Shown here: in pieces, positions 38,746 through 50,992 of the stretch | Position numbering within the stretch: the first letter of the stretch is position 1 | How the letters are laid out: every line of letters begins with the position of its first letter | Source of the DNA: an uncultured delta proteobacterium | GTDB lineage: Bacteria; Desulfobacterota; WTBG01; CAIYCZ01; CAIRTM01 | Reading direction: 5' to 3' | DNA: 64,000 nt | Assembly: GCA_903881505.1 (NCBI GenBank) | Contig: CAIRTM010000047.1 | Coordinates: 16,248-80,247 of the forward strand | The notes under the pieces: model-generated | What the model was told of the DNA's origin: nothing | Seen by the model: only the letters and a program-made list of their open reading frames with translations | The model's database searches: none | Position numbers and translations under genes: made by a program

Positions 38746-40698
38746 CTATTCCCGGGGGAGTTTTACTCTGAAAACAGTCCAGTTGGACTGGGGCAGGCTT
38801 TCAAACTCGACAATGCCGTTGTGCATGACGGTAAACAGCTTGACGATGGTAAGTCCCTGGCCGCCGGTCTCCGGGCCGGTCCGCAGGGGCGCTGAACGCT
38901 CTTTGAAAATCTGCTCGCGGACCCCGTCCGGTATGGTGCCGGTGTTGCCGATCGCGATAACAATGAAGCCGTTTTCGGCATACACATCTATCTGCAGGCG
39001 GCCCTGCCTGATTTCCTCGAGCTTTTTATGGGCATTGTCAAGCAGGTTGCCGATAATGCGGCCTGCTTTCTTGCGGTCGGCCGTGATGGTGCTGTCGTGC
39101 AGCTTGATGTTCTGCACGATTTCAACCTGCGGGGGGAAGTAATACCCCTCAAGCCGTTCGGCGATGAGTTCGATGATGTCAAACTGCTCCTTGTATGCAA
39201 ACGGCACCCGGTCGGTGATGATATCATTGACGGTCAGCATGCTGCGGTAGAGCTTTTTGTACAGCATTGAGAGTTCTTCAGCGGTTGTGTCGGGCGAGGC
39301 CAGGCGCTTGGCATAGACTTTGGCGATCGCGCCGAAGGAAAGCATCTGATTGAAGAAATCGTGGCGCTCCTGCGAGCGGATCGACACCTGGATGCACAGC
39401 TCGATATCACGGGCCAGCGCGTTGCAGAAGAAAAGGTCATCATTGGTAAGCGGATGGGTTTCATCGGCATCAAGCACGATGATGTTGGTAACCGTGCTGT
39501 TTTCGTCCTTGATCGGCACGAAATACACGTTCTGGATCTGATGATGGATGTAGAGACCGAGGCTTGCGCGCATGCGCGTATCATTGCGCGCATCGGTTAT
39601 CAGTACCGGCGCTGCCAGGCGGCAGACCTCATCGAAGGCCGGGTGCTGGTCAAACGACAGGGTTACGCCGTAGCGGTGCTCGAACGCATCCAGCGGATAG
39701 CCCGCGATCAGAACCGCCACGGGCTCCTCGCCGGGCGTCCGCTCAATGCTGAACAGCGAGCAGCGCTTTACGTTGATAGCCTCGGCAATGCGCGCGATCA
39801 GAAAGCTGAGCACCTGGTCGAGCGACTCGGTGCGCTTTAAAACCGAAATAAGCGCCTGGCGGCTTTCCTGCAGCACGAGCGCGCGCTTCTGCAGCTCGAG
39901 TTTGCGCTGCTGCGAGAGCACGTAGTTGAAACGGCTGACGATGCTGTTCAAAAGCTTGATCTGCTCAGGGTAAAAGGTCTTGTTTTTTTCCCTGAAGTAC
40001 AGCTGCAGGGTCCCGACCAGCACGTCGATTTTCCGTGCCCCGTCGTAATCAGTCAGGCGGACCGGCAGGGCCAGCATGGAGTTGAGCCCGCGCGCGATGA
40101 TTTTCTCCTTGTCACGGTAAAGCGGCTCGGCGCTTATGTCCGGGACGCAGTAGTGCTCGTTCTGCTTGATGGCCAGGCCGGCCAGGGAATCTTCATACGG
40201 GATTTCGCCGGCGCGCTCGTCATCCCAGTTGTACTGGCCGGCGGCAATCATGCTGTTGCGCAGGGGATCGTAGGTGCGGCAGGTGGCGCTGTGGGCCTGG
40301 CATATCAGGGCCGTGTCGCGGCACAGAACCTGCAGCAGCTCATTCTGGGAGATATCGGGGGAAATGTTGACGATGCTGTCGGCAATGCGGATTATGCGCT
40401 CAAGGTCGAGCCAGGGGTTGTGCACCAGGAAGCCGATGCGGGCAATGCCCTGCTCTCCCATGGTATCGATAAATGTCTGCATCTGCGGATCACACAGCAG
40501 ATCCAGCACGGCAGGGTGTTTCTGCAAAAAAACAGCTGCTTCCCTGCGGCGGGCCGCGTTGCTGTGATCGTTATCGAGCGCATCCATGGCTGTCATGCTA
40601 ATACAAATCGCACGCAATGTAAAAACAAATTCTCTTTGCAAAAACACCAGGCCCGCATAAAAAAATTGCTTCCTGGCTGCGCTCGATGTAGTATGCAT
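38746..40698 (-). CDS. GAF-domain sensor histidine kinase
   Basis: 650 aa with GAF region(s), a HisKA-like region, and C-terminal HATPase_c (GGQGLTIVKLF). True start may be internal. Confidence 0.6.
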   Translation of the reverse strand: MHTTSSAARKQFFYAGLVFLQREFVFTLRAICISMTAMDALDNDHSNAARRREAAVFLQKHPAVLDLLCDPQMQTFIDTMGEQGIARIGFLVHNPWLDLERIIRIADSIVNISPDISQNELLQVLCRDTALICQAHSATCRTYDPLRNSMIAAGQYNWDDERAGEIPYEDSLAGLAIKQNEHYCVPDISAEPLYRDKEKIIARGLNSMLALPVRLTDYDGARKIDVLVGTLQLYFREKNKTFYPEQIKLLNSIVSRFNYVLSQQRKLELQKRALVLQESRQALISVLKRTESLDQVLSFLIARIAEAINVKRCSLFSIERTPGEEPVAVLIAGYPLDAFEHRYGVTLSFDQHPAFDEVCRLAAPVLITDARNDTRMRASLGLYIHHQIQNVYFVPIKDENSTVTNIIVLDADETHPLTNDDLFFCNALARDIELCIQVSIRSQERHDFFNQMLSFGAIAKVYAKRLASPDTTAEELSMLYKKLYRSMLTVNDIITDRVPFAYKEQFDIIELIAERLEGYYFPPQVEIVQNIKLHDSTITADRKKAGRIIGNLLDNAHKKLEEIRQGRLQIDVYAENGFIVIAIGNTGTIPDGVREQIFKERSAPLRTGPETGGQGLTIVKLFTVMHNGIVEFESLPQSNWTVFRVKLPRE

Positions 40699-40813
40699 AC
40701 CTGCTCCGCCTGCACGGGCGCATAGACCATGCAGCTGCAGGAAACGCGTGCCCGGCCCGCATACGGGGCGTCAGGCATGGATGTGTTCATACGGCGCAGC
40801 CAAGGAGTGCGAC

Positions 40814-42958
40814 ATGCTGGAAACCTTTGTTACCCGGGGCGGTATACGCGTTGAGCGCCTGCAGGAAACGGTTCCCGTGGAGACGGCCCTGGATGAGGTA
40901 TACGCTGCCATCGACCGGGCCCGGGGCTGTATCCTGGCCAGCGACTATGAGTATCCGGGCCGTTATTCGCGCTGGGACATCGGCTTTATCGATCCGCCGC
41001 TTGAGCTGGTGAGCCGCGGCCGAGATTTCAGCCTGCGCGCGCTGAACCGGCGCGGCAGCGTGCTGCTGGAAATGCTCGGCGCCTGCGTGACCGGCTGCGC
41101 GGACGTTGAGCGGTGCGAGGCATCCGATGCGGTTATCAGCGGACGGGTGCGGCCGATGCCGCAGGGATTCGCCGAGGAAGAGCGCAGCCGCCTGCCAAGC
41201 ATTTTTTCCGTGCTGCGGGCCCTGTGCGACGCGCTTGCCTGCGACGATGAATATTTCAGCATGTTCGGCGCATTCGGCTATGACCTGGTGTTTCAGTTCG
41301 AGCCGGTCATATTCCGGCATGACCGCGCAGCCGCTGGCCCGGACTGCCACCTGTTTCTGGCCGACCGCATCGCCGCGATCGACCGCCAGAGAAAAACAGC
41401 CTTCAGGCTTTCCTATGAGTTCGGCACGCCCGGAGGGCTGACCACCGCCGGCATTCCGCCGGCAGGCGAGCGCATCGACTTGCCCCGTCCGGCCGCTGCG
41501 TCCGGCGTGGGCTGCGATCATGAACCGGGCGAGTATGCCCGCAAGGTCGAGCGCATCCGGCAGGGATGCCTGCAGGGCGATTTTTTTGAAGTGGTGCTCT
41601 CGCAGGAGTTCAGCACGACCTGCGCGCATGCGCCCTCAGAGCTGTTCCGCCGCCTGCGCTCCTCAAATCCCAGCCCGTATGATTTTATTATCAATCTGGG
41701 AACCGAGCAGCTCATCGGCGCATCGCCCGAAATGTTCGTGCGGGTCAACGGACGGGAGGTCGAAACCTGCCCGATCAGCGGAACGGTCAAGCGCGGCGCC
41801 GGGCCCATGCAGGACGCCGAACAGATCAGGATCCTTCTGACCAGCCGCAAGGATGAATCCGAGCTGACCATGTGTACGGATGTCGACCGCAATGACAAGT
41901 CGCGGGTGTGCGTGCCCGGCTCGGTCGAACTGGTCGGCCGGCGCATGGTCGAGAGCTATTCGCGGCTGTTTCACACGGTTGACCATGTCAAGGGAACCCT
42001 TTTGCCCGGGCGCGACATGTTCGATGCGTTTCTCTCCCACATGTGGGCCTGCACCCTGACGGGCGCGCCCAAGCCTATCGCCATGCAGACCATTGAAGAC
42101 CTTGAAAACAGCTCCCGGCGCTGGTACGGCGGATGCGTGGGCCTGTTTACCTTTAACGGGCAGCTCAATACCGGCATCACGATCCGCACCATTCATGTGC
42201 AGGACGGCACGGCCCGGGTGCGCTCAGGAGCAACGCTGCTCTATGATTCGGTCCCTGAGGACGAAGAGCAGGAAACGCGCATCAAGGCCTCGGCGTTCTT
42301 AAGCGCTGTCACCCAGCCGGCCGGAGGGCACAGTCCGCCTGAAAGCCGCCGCACGTGCGTGAAGCGTCCCGGCGTCAGGGTGCTGTTTGTCGACAACCAG
42401 GACAGTTTCGTGCACACGCTGGCCAACTACGTGCGCCAGACCGGCGTTGAGGTCATCACCCTGCGCGGAGGGTTTGCCGAAGAGCGCCTTGATGAGCTGC
42501 GCCCGGACGCGCTGCTCATCTCGCCGGGCCCCTGCACGCCCGAGAAGATGGGCGTAGTAAAGCTTGTGGGCCAGGCTGCGGCACGCGGCCTGCCCATGTT
42601 CGGCGTGTGTCTGGGCCACCAGGGCATTGCGCAGTACTTCGGCGCCGGGCTTGGCCTGCTCCCCAGGCCCATGCACGGCAGGCAAACAGCTGTCGCCCAC
42701 CAGGGAACCGGTATTTTCAAAAACCTGCCCAGTCCCCTGCAGGCCGGGCGCTATCACAGCCTGTATGTTAAAAAGGAGCGGCTGCCCGCCTGCCTTGAAA
42801 TAACCGCCGAATCAGAAGACGGAATTATCATGGCCCTGCAGCACCGTGACCTGCCCGTGTGCTCGGTTCAGTTTCATCCCGAATCGATTCTGACGCTGCA
42901 GGATGATGCCGGGCTGAAGCTGATCGCCAACGTGATTGAGCTGTTGACACACTCGTAA
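40814..42958 (+). CDS. trpE: fused anthranilate synthase TrpE(G) (component I + glutamine amidotransferase component II)
   Basis: N-terminal chorismate-binding/TrpE region. The C-terminal GATase class I domain has the catalytic Cys in MFGVCLGHQ. AAGGAG RBS before the 40814 ATG. A PabAB-type ADC synthase cannot be excluded. Confidence 0.7.
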   Translation: MLETFVTRGGIRVERLQETVPVETALDEVYAAIDRARGCILASDYEYPGRYSRWDIGFIDPPLELVSRGRDFSLRALNRRGSVLLEMLGACVTGCADVERCEASDAVISGRVRPMPQGFAEEERSRLPSIFSVLRALCDALACDDEYFSMFGAFGYDLVFQFEPVIFRHDRAAAGPDCHLFLADRIAAIDRQRKTAFRLSYEFGTPGGLTTAGIPPAGERIDLPRPAAASGVGCDHEPGEYARKVERIRQGCLQGDFFEVVLSQEFSTTCAHAPSELFRRLRSSNPSPYDFIINLGTEQLIGASPEMFVRVNGREVETCPISGTVKRGAGPMQDAEQIRILLTSRKDESELTMCTDVDRNDKSRVCVPGSVELVGRRMVESYSRLFHTVDHVKGTLLPGRDMFDAFLSHMWACTLTGAPKPIAMQTIEDLENSSRRWYGGCVGLFTFNGQLNTGITIRTIHVQDGTARVRSGATLLYDSVPEDEEQETRIKASAFLSAVTQPAGGHSPPESRRTCVKRPGVRVLFVDNQDSFVHTLANYVRQTGVEVITLRGGFAEERLDELRPDALLISPGPCTPEKMGVVKLVGQAAARGLPMFGVCLGHQGIAQYFGAGLGLLPRPMHGRQTAVAHQGTGIFKNLPSPLQAGRYHSLYVKKERLPACLEITAESEDGIIMALQHRDLPVCSVQFHPESILTLQDDAGLKLIANVIELLTHS

Positions 42959-43381
42959 AACGTCCGGATGCTGCGTTGCGCTTCATCCTTAGTCCTTGCG
43001 GCCTACTACGGCACGCACAGCTCATCCCTCCGGGTTTGCGCGCCCTGCCCTGCGGCCTTTGTACGGGCGCGCCCTGCGAACAGGCCCCGGGGACTTTTTA
43101 CGACGCCATCAACCATTGACCGCAAGAGTATGAAAATTCAGGCAGATGCACGCCGCCATACCGTGGAAACAGGGGGAAAACGCACACCTGTTTTTTATCC
43201 TGTTGAAATCGCATGTCATTTTACGCATAGTTCAGGTCGGTTAATTATTTGAACTCCGTTTTTTCTTGTAACTAATTGTAATTCCTTCGCTTGCATTATT
43301 GTGGTCAAAAATGAAGCACTCTGCTCAAAAAGGCCTTTTTACGCGGTTTCGAAAGCTTTCCAACAGGCTTTTCCACAGCTT

Positions 43382-45826
<2,445 letters not shown>

Positions 45827-46053
45827 CGGGTGTTCCTCCTGTGCGCCCGGCCGTGGGCGCCGTGTTTGACCCGCCCGGCTCAGGGCTGTGGTGAAACAAT
45901 AACCATTCGTGCGCTTAAAATCAAGCCGCCCGCAGGCCTGCGTATCCGGGCAGCAGACAATCTTAAGCCGGTCTTAACAGTTTGTTTATCGAGTGTTAAT
46001 ACGGAGCGGCTACATTCAATACGGGAGAAAAAACTTTTCAAAGGAGTCCGTCT

Positions 46054-46191
46054 ATGAAGTTTCTGCTCATGCCCCTCGAACTGCTGCTGATGGTTGTTTT
46101 TGTAGCCCGCTACTCAATGAACATCATCCGGGATGACGAGTATGAAACGGAAGCCGCGCTGCCGATCGTCGGCCATGATGCCTGCGCCTGA
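46054..46191 (+). CDS. small hydrophobic hypothetical protein (45 aa)
   Basis: MKFLLMPLELLLMVVFVARYSMNIIRDDEYE... preceded by an AAGGAG RBS 7 nt upstream. Below the ORF-track length cutoff. Confidence 0.3.
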   Translation: MKFLLMPLELLLMVVFVARYSMNIIRDDEYETEAALPIVGHDACA

Positions 46192-46319
46192 CTGCAGGCT
46201 CGCAGGCAGCGGCGCGCGCCCGGTACCATGATTGAGCGGCGTTTGCCGTGACACCCCGCCTGCCGTGATTGCCTGTCTGATCTGTCACTGCATGTGCGAA
46301 TGCAACGCTGAATCCCGCA

Positions 46320-46694
46320 TTATAAAGCCGCTGTGCATTCTATCTCCACCAGGGCTCCCCCGGGAAGATTTGAGACCTCCACGGTCGAGCGTGCCGGCCG
46401 GTGGCGGCCGAAAAAATCCCCGTAGATCGTATTGACGGCGCTGAAATCCTCCATCCTCTTGAGGAAAATGGTGGTTTTGACGACCGCGCCGGGAGAGAAA
46501 CCGGCGCATTCAAGCACGGCTTTCAGGTTGGCAAGGGCCTGGCGTGTCTGGTTTTCAACGCCTTCGGCAAGACCGCCCGTTGAGGGATCGATGCCGATCT
46601 GGCCGGAGCAAAACACAAACGGCGCGGCAATGATCGCCTGCGAATAAGGGCCAGCGGCTTCAGGCGCATGGGGTGTATGAACAGCTTGTATCAT
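46320..46694 (-). CDS. ridA: RidA/YjgF family reactive-intermediate deaminase
   Basis: 124 aa. PYSQAI...GQIGIDP...RSTVEV motifs. Confidence 0.75.
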   Translation of the reverse strand: MIQAVHTPHAPEAAGPYSQAIIAAPFVFCSGQIGIDPSTGGLAEGVENQTRQALANLKAVLECAGFSPGAVVKTTIFLKRMEDFSAVNTIYGDFFGRHRPARSTVEVSNLPGGALVEIECTAAL

Positions 46695-46775
46695 TGCGGT
46701 CCTCCGAAATCATTGTGCGTCCGGGCAGCCTCCCCCGGATTTTTCAGCGCCTGCCGTTTGATCCCGGCGGCGGGT

Positions 46776-48506
46776 TTATTCGGGAATGGTTATGGTAAAG
46801 GCGGTGCCCGCGCCGGGCGTGCTCTCAACCGCAATGGCGCCCTTGTGCAGCAGCACGATGTGCTTCACGATCGAAAGGCCCAGCCCCGTGCCGCCGACCC
46901 GGCGCGAGCGCGACTTGTCGACCACGTAGAAGCGCTCAAAGAGCTTGGGCAGATGCATGGGCGCAATGCCGATGCCGGTGTCGGCCACGCGTATGACCAG
47001 GCCGTCCTGCGTTCGCTCCATCCGCACGGTAATGCCGCCGGTTTCGGTGTATTTGAGGGCATTGTCGATCAGGTTGATGAATACCTGCTCGATCTTGAAC
47101 GGATCAACGCGGGCGCTCAGGCGGCCGTTTTCAGCTTCAATGTTCAAGAAGAGGTTTTTCTCCCTGAGGCGGTCGATATATATTTTTTTCACCTGCTCGG
47201 CGATACCCTTTACATTGACCTCCTCCAGCTCAAGTTCCTGCTCGTGATCCAGGCTTGACAGCACCATGATATCCCTGACGATATTGATCAAACGGTCGGT
47301 ATGGCGGCTGATAATGGCGAGGTAGCGCTGCTGCTCCTGCGTCGCGCTCTCTTCCTGCAGGGTCTCCACGAATCCCTTGATCGCGGTCAGCGGGGTGCGC
47401 AGCTCATGCGAAACATTGACCACGAAATCGCGCTTCATGCGCTCGGTGTTTTTCACCTCCGTAATGTCCAGGAATGTCATGACCAGCGCGCTGAGTTCGG
47501 CGATCTGCGCGGTATTCACCAGGCAGGTCCTGCCGCCAAGGCGCACCTCCTGCAGCGTGCCGCCGCCGGTGGCCCGGGCCGCGGTCACGATTTCCTCCAG
47601 CTGCACCGCGCGCAGCAGCTCCCAGTAGCTTTTGCCCGGAGCCTCCGCTGCCCTGAAGCCCGCCATGCGCGCCAGGCTTTCATTGCACATCAGCACGCGG
47701 TCGGCCTGGTCGAGCACCAGCAGGCCTTCATGCAGCGAGGTGATGATGCTGGTGAGCTCGCCCTGCTTGAGCGAGACCTGATCGAAGAGCTCGCGGATCC
47801 GTCCGGTCATGTGGTTGAAGCTTTCCGCGAATTCCTGAACCTCGTCTCGGCTGTCAACGGCAACCCGCACGTTGAAATCTCCGGCCGCAACCGCGCGTGC
47901 GGCCCGGCCGAGCCGTGCGATGGGAGCGGCCAGTTTTCTGGCCACGAAAAGCGCGCACCCGACCGCCAGGATGATGACCAGCAGGGCTATCTGGCAGATT
48001 TCATTGCGAAGCCGGCCGAGCCATTGCTCGATGTCGCTCACCTGGCAGCTCACCCGCACGGCGCCGTCAACAGCGCCGGAGCGGACGAGCGGAACGGCGA
48101 CATAGAGCATCGCCTGGCCGAGCGTCGCGCTGTCGCGCTGTGCAACGCCGGTCGTGCCCGCGAGGGCGGAACGGATTTCGCTGCGATCGCCGTGGTTTTC
48201 CATGGCGGCCGGGTCTCTTTCCGAGTCCGCCAGCACGGTTCCATCGGTGTCGACAAGCGTTATCCGGGCTTTGGTCTCGCTCCCAAGCCCCTCCACCAGC
48301 GCGGCAAGCGCCGCGCGGTCGCGCCGGTCATGCAGCCGCTGCATGCTGAAGCAGGCAACCCGTGCCAGCGTTGCAAGGTTGGCGGTGCGTGTTTCGATAT
48401 GCTGATGTTTGATGATGCGGTAAGACAGCAGCGAAACGCCTGCGGTCATCAGGGCGATGATCAGCACGTAGCCCGTAAAAATTTTTATAAAAATCGTTTT
48501 TCTCAT
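46776..48506 (-). CDS. phoR: phosphate regulon sensor histidine kinase PhoR-like (TM-HAMP-PAS-HisKA-HATPase_c)
   Basis: H-box VSHELRTPLTAIKG and G-box GGTGLGLSIVKH. Immediately downstream of phoB, with a 4-nt overlap. Confidence 0.7.
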   Translation of the reverse strand: MRKTIFIKIFTGYVLIIALMTAGVSLLSYRIIKHQHIETRTANLATLARVACFSMQRLHDRRDRAALAALVEGLGSETKARITLVDTDGTVLADSERDPAAMENHGDRSEIRSALAGTTGVAQRDSATLGQAMLYVAVPLVRSGAVDGAVRVSCQVSDIEQWLGRLRNEICQIALLVIILAVGCALFVARKLAAPIARLGRAARAVAAGDFNVRVAVDSRDEVQEFAESFNHMTGRIRELFDQVSLKQGELTSIITSLHEGLLVLDQADRVLMCNESLARMAGFRAAEAPGKSYWELLRAVQLEEIVTAARATGGGTLQEVRLGGRTCLVNTAQIAELSALVMTFLDITEVKNTERMKRDFVVNVSHELRTPLTAIKGFVETLQEESATQEQQRYLAIISRHTDRLINIVRDIMVLSSLDHEQELELEEVNVKGIAEQVKKIYIDRLREKNLFLNIEAENGRLSARVDPFKIEQVFINLIDNALKYTETGGITVRMERTQDGLVIRVADTGIGIAPMHLPKLFERFYVVDKSRSRRVGGTGLGLSIVKHIVLLHKGAIAVESTPGAGTAFTITIPE

Positions 48507-49183
48507 TCTTCGAGCCTGTACCCCACGCCCCGCAGGTTTTTAACGCAGCCGGAGGCCGGGCCCAGTTTTTCGCGCAGATGCCTGATATGCACGTCAACAG
48601 TTCGGTCGATCACGGCTTTTTCATCACCCCAGAGATAATCGAGAATTTTCTCCCGGCTGAACACCCAGCCTTTCTTGGAAGCCAGCAGCTCAAGAATTTT
48701 AAATTCAGTCGGCGTGAGATCGATCCTCTCGTTCTTCAGCGTTACCGTGTATTTTTCAAGATCGATCACGAGGCCGCCCTTGATCTCAATTGTGCGCGTC
48801 GCCTGCCGCGGGGCATGCCTGCGCAGCACCGCTTTGACCCTGGCCACCAGCTCCTTGGGGGAAAACGGCTTGGTGACATAGTCGTCGGCCCCGAGCTCAA
48901 GTCCCAGGATTTTATCGACTTCCTCGCTTTTTGCGGTCAGCATGATAATGGCAACCTCGGCGGTGCTGTTGAGCGCGCGCACCTGCTTGCAGATCTCAAG
49001 CCCGTCGATATCGGGCAGCATCAGGTCGAGGATCAGCACGTCCGGCGTGTTCTTTTTCAGATAGTCGAGGAAGCTTTTGCCGCTGGTGAAGCTTTTAACC
49101 TGAAAGCCCCCCCTGCTGAGATGGATTTCAAGCAGTTCGACGATATCGGGTTCGTCTTCAACAAGCGCAATGGTCTTTTTCAT
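48503..49183 (-). CDS. phoB: phosphate regulon response regulator PhoB (OmpR family)
   Basis: Receiver domain plus winged-helix trans_reg_C domain (GYRLEE C-terminus). Sits in the pst-phoU context. Confidence 0.75.
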   Translation of the reverse strand: MKKTIALVEDEPDIVELLEIHLSRGGFQVKSFTSGKSFLDYLKKNTPDVLILDLMLPDIDGLEICKQVRALNSTAEVAIIMLTAKSEEVDKILGLELGADDYVTKPFSPKELVARVKAVLRRHAPRQATRTIEIKGGLVIDLEKYTVTLKNERIDLTPTEFKILELLASKKGWVFSREKILDYLWGDEKAVIDRTVDVHIRHLREKLGPASGCVKNLRGVGYRLEE

Positions 49184-49287
49184 GCAGAGTACCTTCCGGT
49201 GATGATGGGCAGCCGCGCGGCTGGATATCCCGTGCGCAGCCTCCTGCCGCCGTTTTTTTCAGGCCTGCCGGGCATGCCCGGCGCGCT

Positions 49288-49959
49288 TCATGCCCAGTTC
49301 CTGCGGGTGTGGCGCACGATTTTGCCTTCCATGGTGTAAATGATGTCTTCGGCGATATTTTTGGCATGATCGCCGATGCGCTCAAGATAGCGCGAAATGC
49401 TTATGAAGTAGAGATAAAACCCGATATCCCGGTCGCGGTTGTTGTTGATCGACTCTTCGACCAGCAGATAGTTGCGCCGGTGCAGCTCATTGACGGACCG
49501 GTCCATGGCCAGTACTTCATAGGCCCGGGCCGTATTGGATTGAATCAGCGCCTGCTGCACGTTTTCGACCATCTGGTTGACGCTGGCGCACATCTGGCGC
49601 ACGTCAAAGGGATCGGCGTACCCGCGGTCCTTGTCGATCAGGATAAGGGCGACCTCGGCGATACTGACGGCCAGGTCGCCGATGCGCTCAAGATCACTGT
49701 TCAGCTTGATCACCGCCACGACGTAGCGCAGGTCGACGGCAACCGGCTGGTAGAGCGCAAGGGCCTTCAGGCACTCCTCCTCGATGTCGATTTCGAGCCG
49801 GTCGATCACGTCGTCGTTGGCGATGACCTGCAGGGCAAGATCGCGGTCGCGCTGGAGCAGGGCTTCAATCGCCTCCTCAAGGTCGTGGCTCACCATATGG
49901 GTCAGTTTGTTGGTCATGGTTTTGAGCCGCTCAAGCTCGGACATTAAATGCATTCCCAT
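49288..49959 (-). CDS. phoU: phosphate signalling complex protein PhoU
   Basis: Two PhoU repeats (ERIGDHAKNIAE and ERIGDLAVSIAE). Start placed at 49959; ORF track extends to 50010. Confidence 0.75.
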   Translation of the reverse strand: MGMHLMSELERLKTMTNKLTHMVSHDLEEAIEALLQRDRDLALQVIANDDVIDRLEIDIEEECLKALALYQPVAVDLRYVVAVIKLNSDLERIGDLAVSIAEVALILIDKDRGYADPFDVRQMCASVNQMVENVQQALIQSNTARAYEVLAMDRSVNELHRRNYLLVEESINNNRDRDIGFYLYFISISRYLERIGDHAKNIAEDIIYTMEGKIVRHTRRNWA

Positions 49960-50056
49960 GCAGAGCCTCCCTGCACCCGGCGACTGTTCGCACGCGGCGT
50001 CTGTGATCAATCGATATGGTCATAGTACAATTATTTGCGGCATCCGTACAGCCGTT

Positions 50057-50941
50057 TTATCCGAAGCGCCCGGTGATATAGTCCTCGGTCTGTTTGTTCG
50101 CCGGGTTTGTGAACAGCTTTGTCGTGTTGCCGTACTCAATCAGCAGGCCCTCGTACATGAAGGCGGTAAAGTCGGACACACGGGCCGCCTGCTGCATGTT
50201 GTGCGTTACGATGATGATGGTGTAGTCCCCGCGCAGCTGCCCGATCAGGGCCTCGATGCTGGCGGTTGAGCGCGGATCAAGCGCGGAGGTGGGCTCGTCC
50301 ATGAGCAGAATCTCAGGATTGACCGCCAGGGCCCGGGCCAGGCACATGCGCTGCTGCGGCCCGCCGGACAGGCCCAGGGCGTTATCGTGCAGCCGGTCCT
50401 TGACCTCGTCCCACAGCACGGCCCCGCGCAGGCTGCGCTCGACGATATCGGCCAGCCGTCCGCGGTTGCGCTCGCCCTGCAGGCGCGGTCCGTAGGCAAC
50501 GTTGTCGAATATCGACTTCGGGAACGGGTTTGGTTTCTGGAACACCATGCCGATGCGCTGGCGCAGCTGCACCACGTCAACCATGGGGTCATACACGTTT
50601 TCTTCGTCGAACATCAGTTCGCCGTTTGTATGGCAGCGCGGTATCAGGTCGTTCATGCGGTTGACCGCCCGCAAAAAGGTGCTTTTGCCGCACCCGCTGG
50701 GGCCGATGATAGCGGTGACCCGGGAGCGCGGGATGTCCATCGAGAGCGAGCGCACGGCCTCATTGTCGCCGTAGAAGATCGAGAAATTGCGGGCCTGCAC
50801 ATGCGCCTCCAGGGTTTCAAGCCCGGTATGGTCGTCGCGGCCGGCAAAGGATTTCATGCGGTGCATGGTGATGCCGGAATCGCCCGGTTGCTGCGTCGAT
50901 TCGTCCGGATGTGTCAGTGCGGCGTCAACTGCGGTGCTCAT
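50057..50941 (-). CDS. pstB: phosphate ABC transporter ATP-binding protein PstB
   Basis: Walker [10 protein letters not shown], signature [14 protein letters not shown] and Walker [12 protein letters not shown]. Start at 50941 is preceded by a GAGG RBS. Confidence 0.85.
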   Translation of the reverse strand: MSTAVDAALTHPDESTQQPGDSGITMHRMKSFAGRDDHTGLETLEAHVQARNFSIFYGDNEAVRSLSMDIPRSRVTAIIGPSGCGKSTFLRAVNRMNDLIPRCHTNGELMFDEENVYDPMVDVVQLRQRIGMVFQKPNPFPKSIFDNVAYGPRLQGERNRGRLADIVERSLRGAVLWDEVKDRLHDNALGLSGGPQQRMCLARALAVNPEILLMDEPTSALDPRSTASIEALIGQLRGDYTIIIVTHNMQQAARVSDFTAFMYEGLLIEYGNTTKLFTNPANKQTEDYITGRFG

Positions 50942-50992
50942 ATAAAACCTCGTGTCTTCATGTGCGTATGGAGTTGCCTGTTCGGTCTGCAT

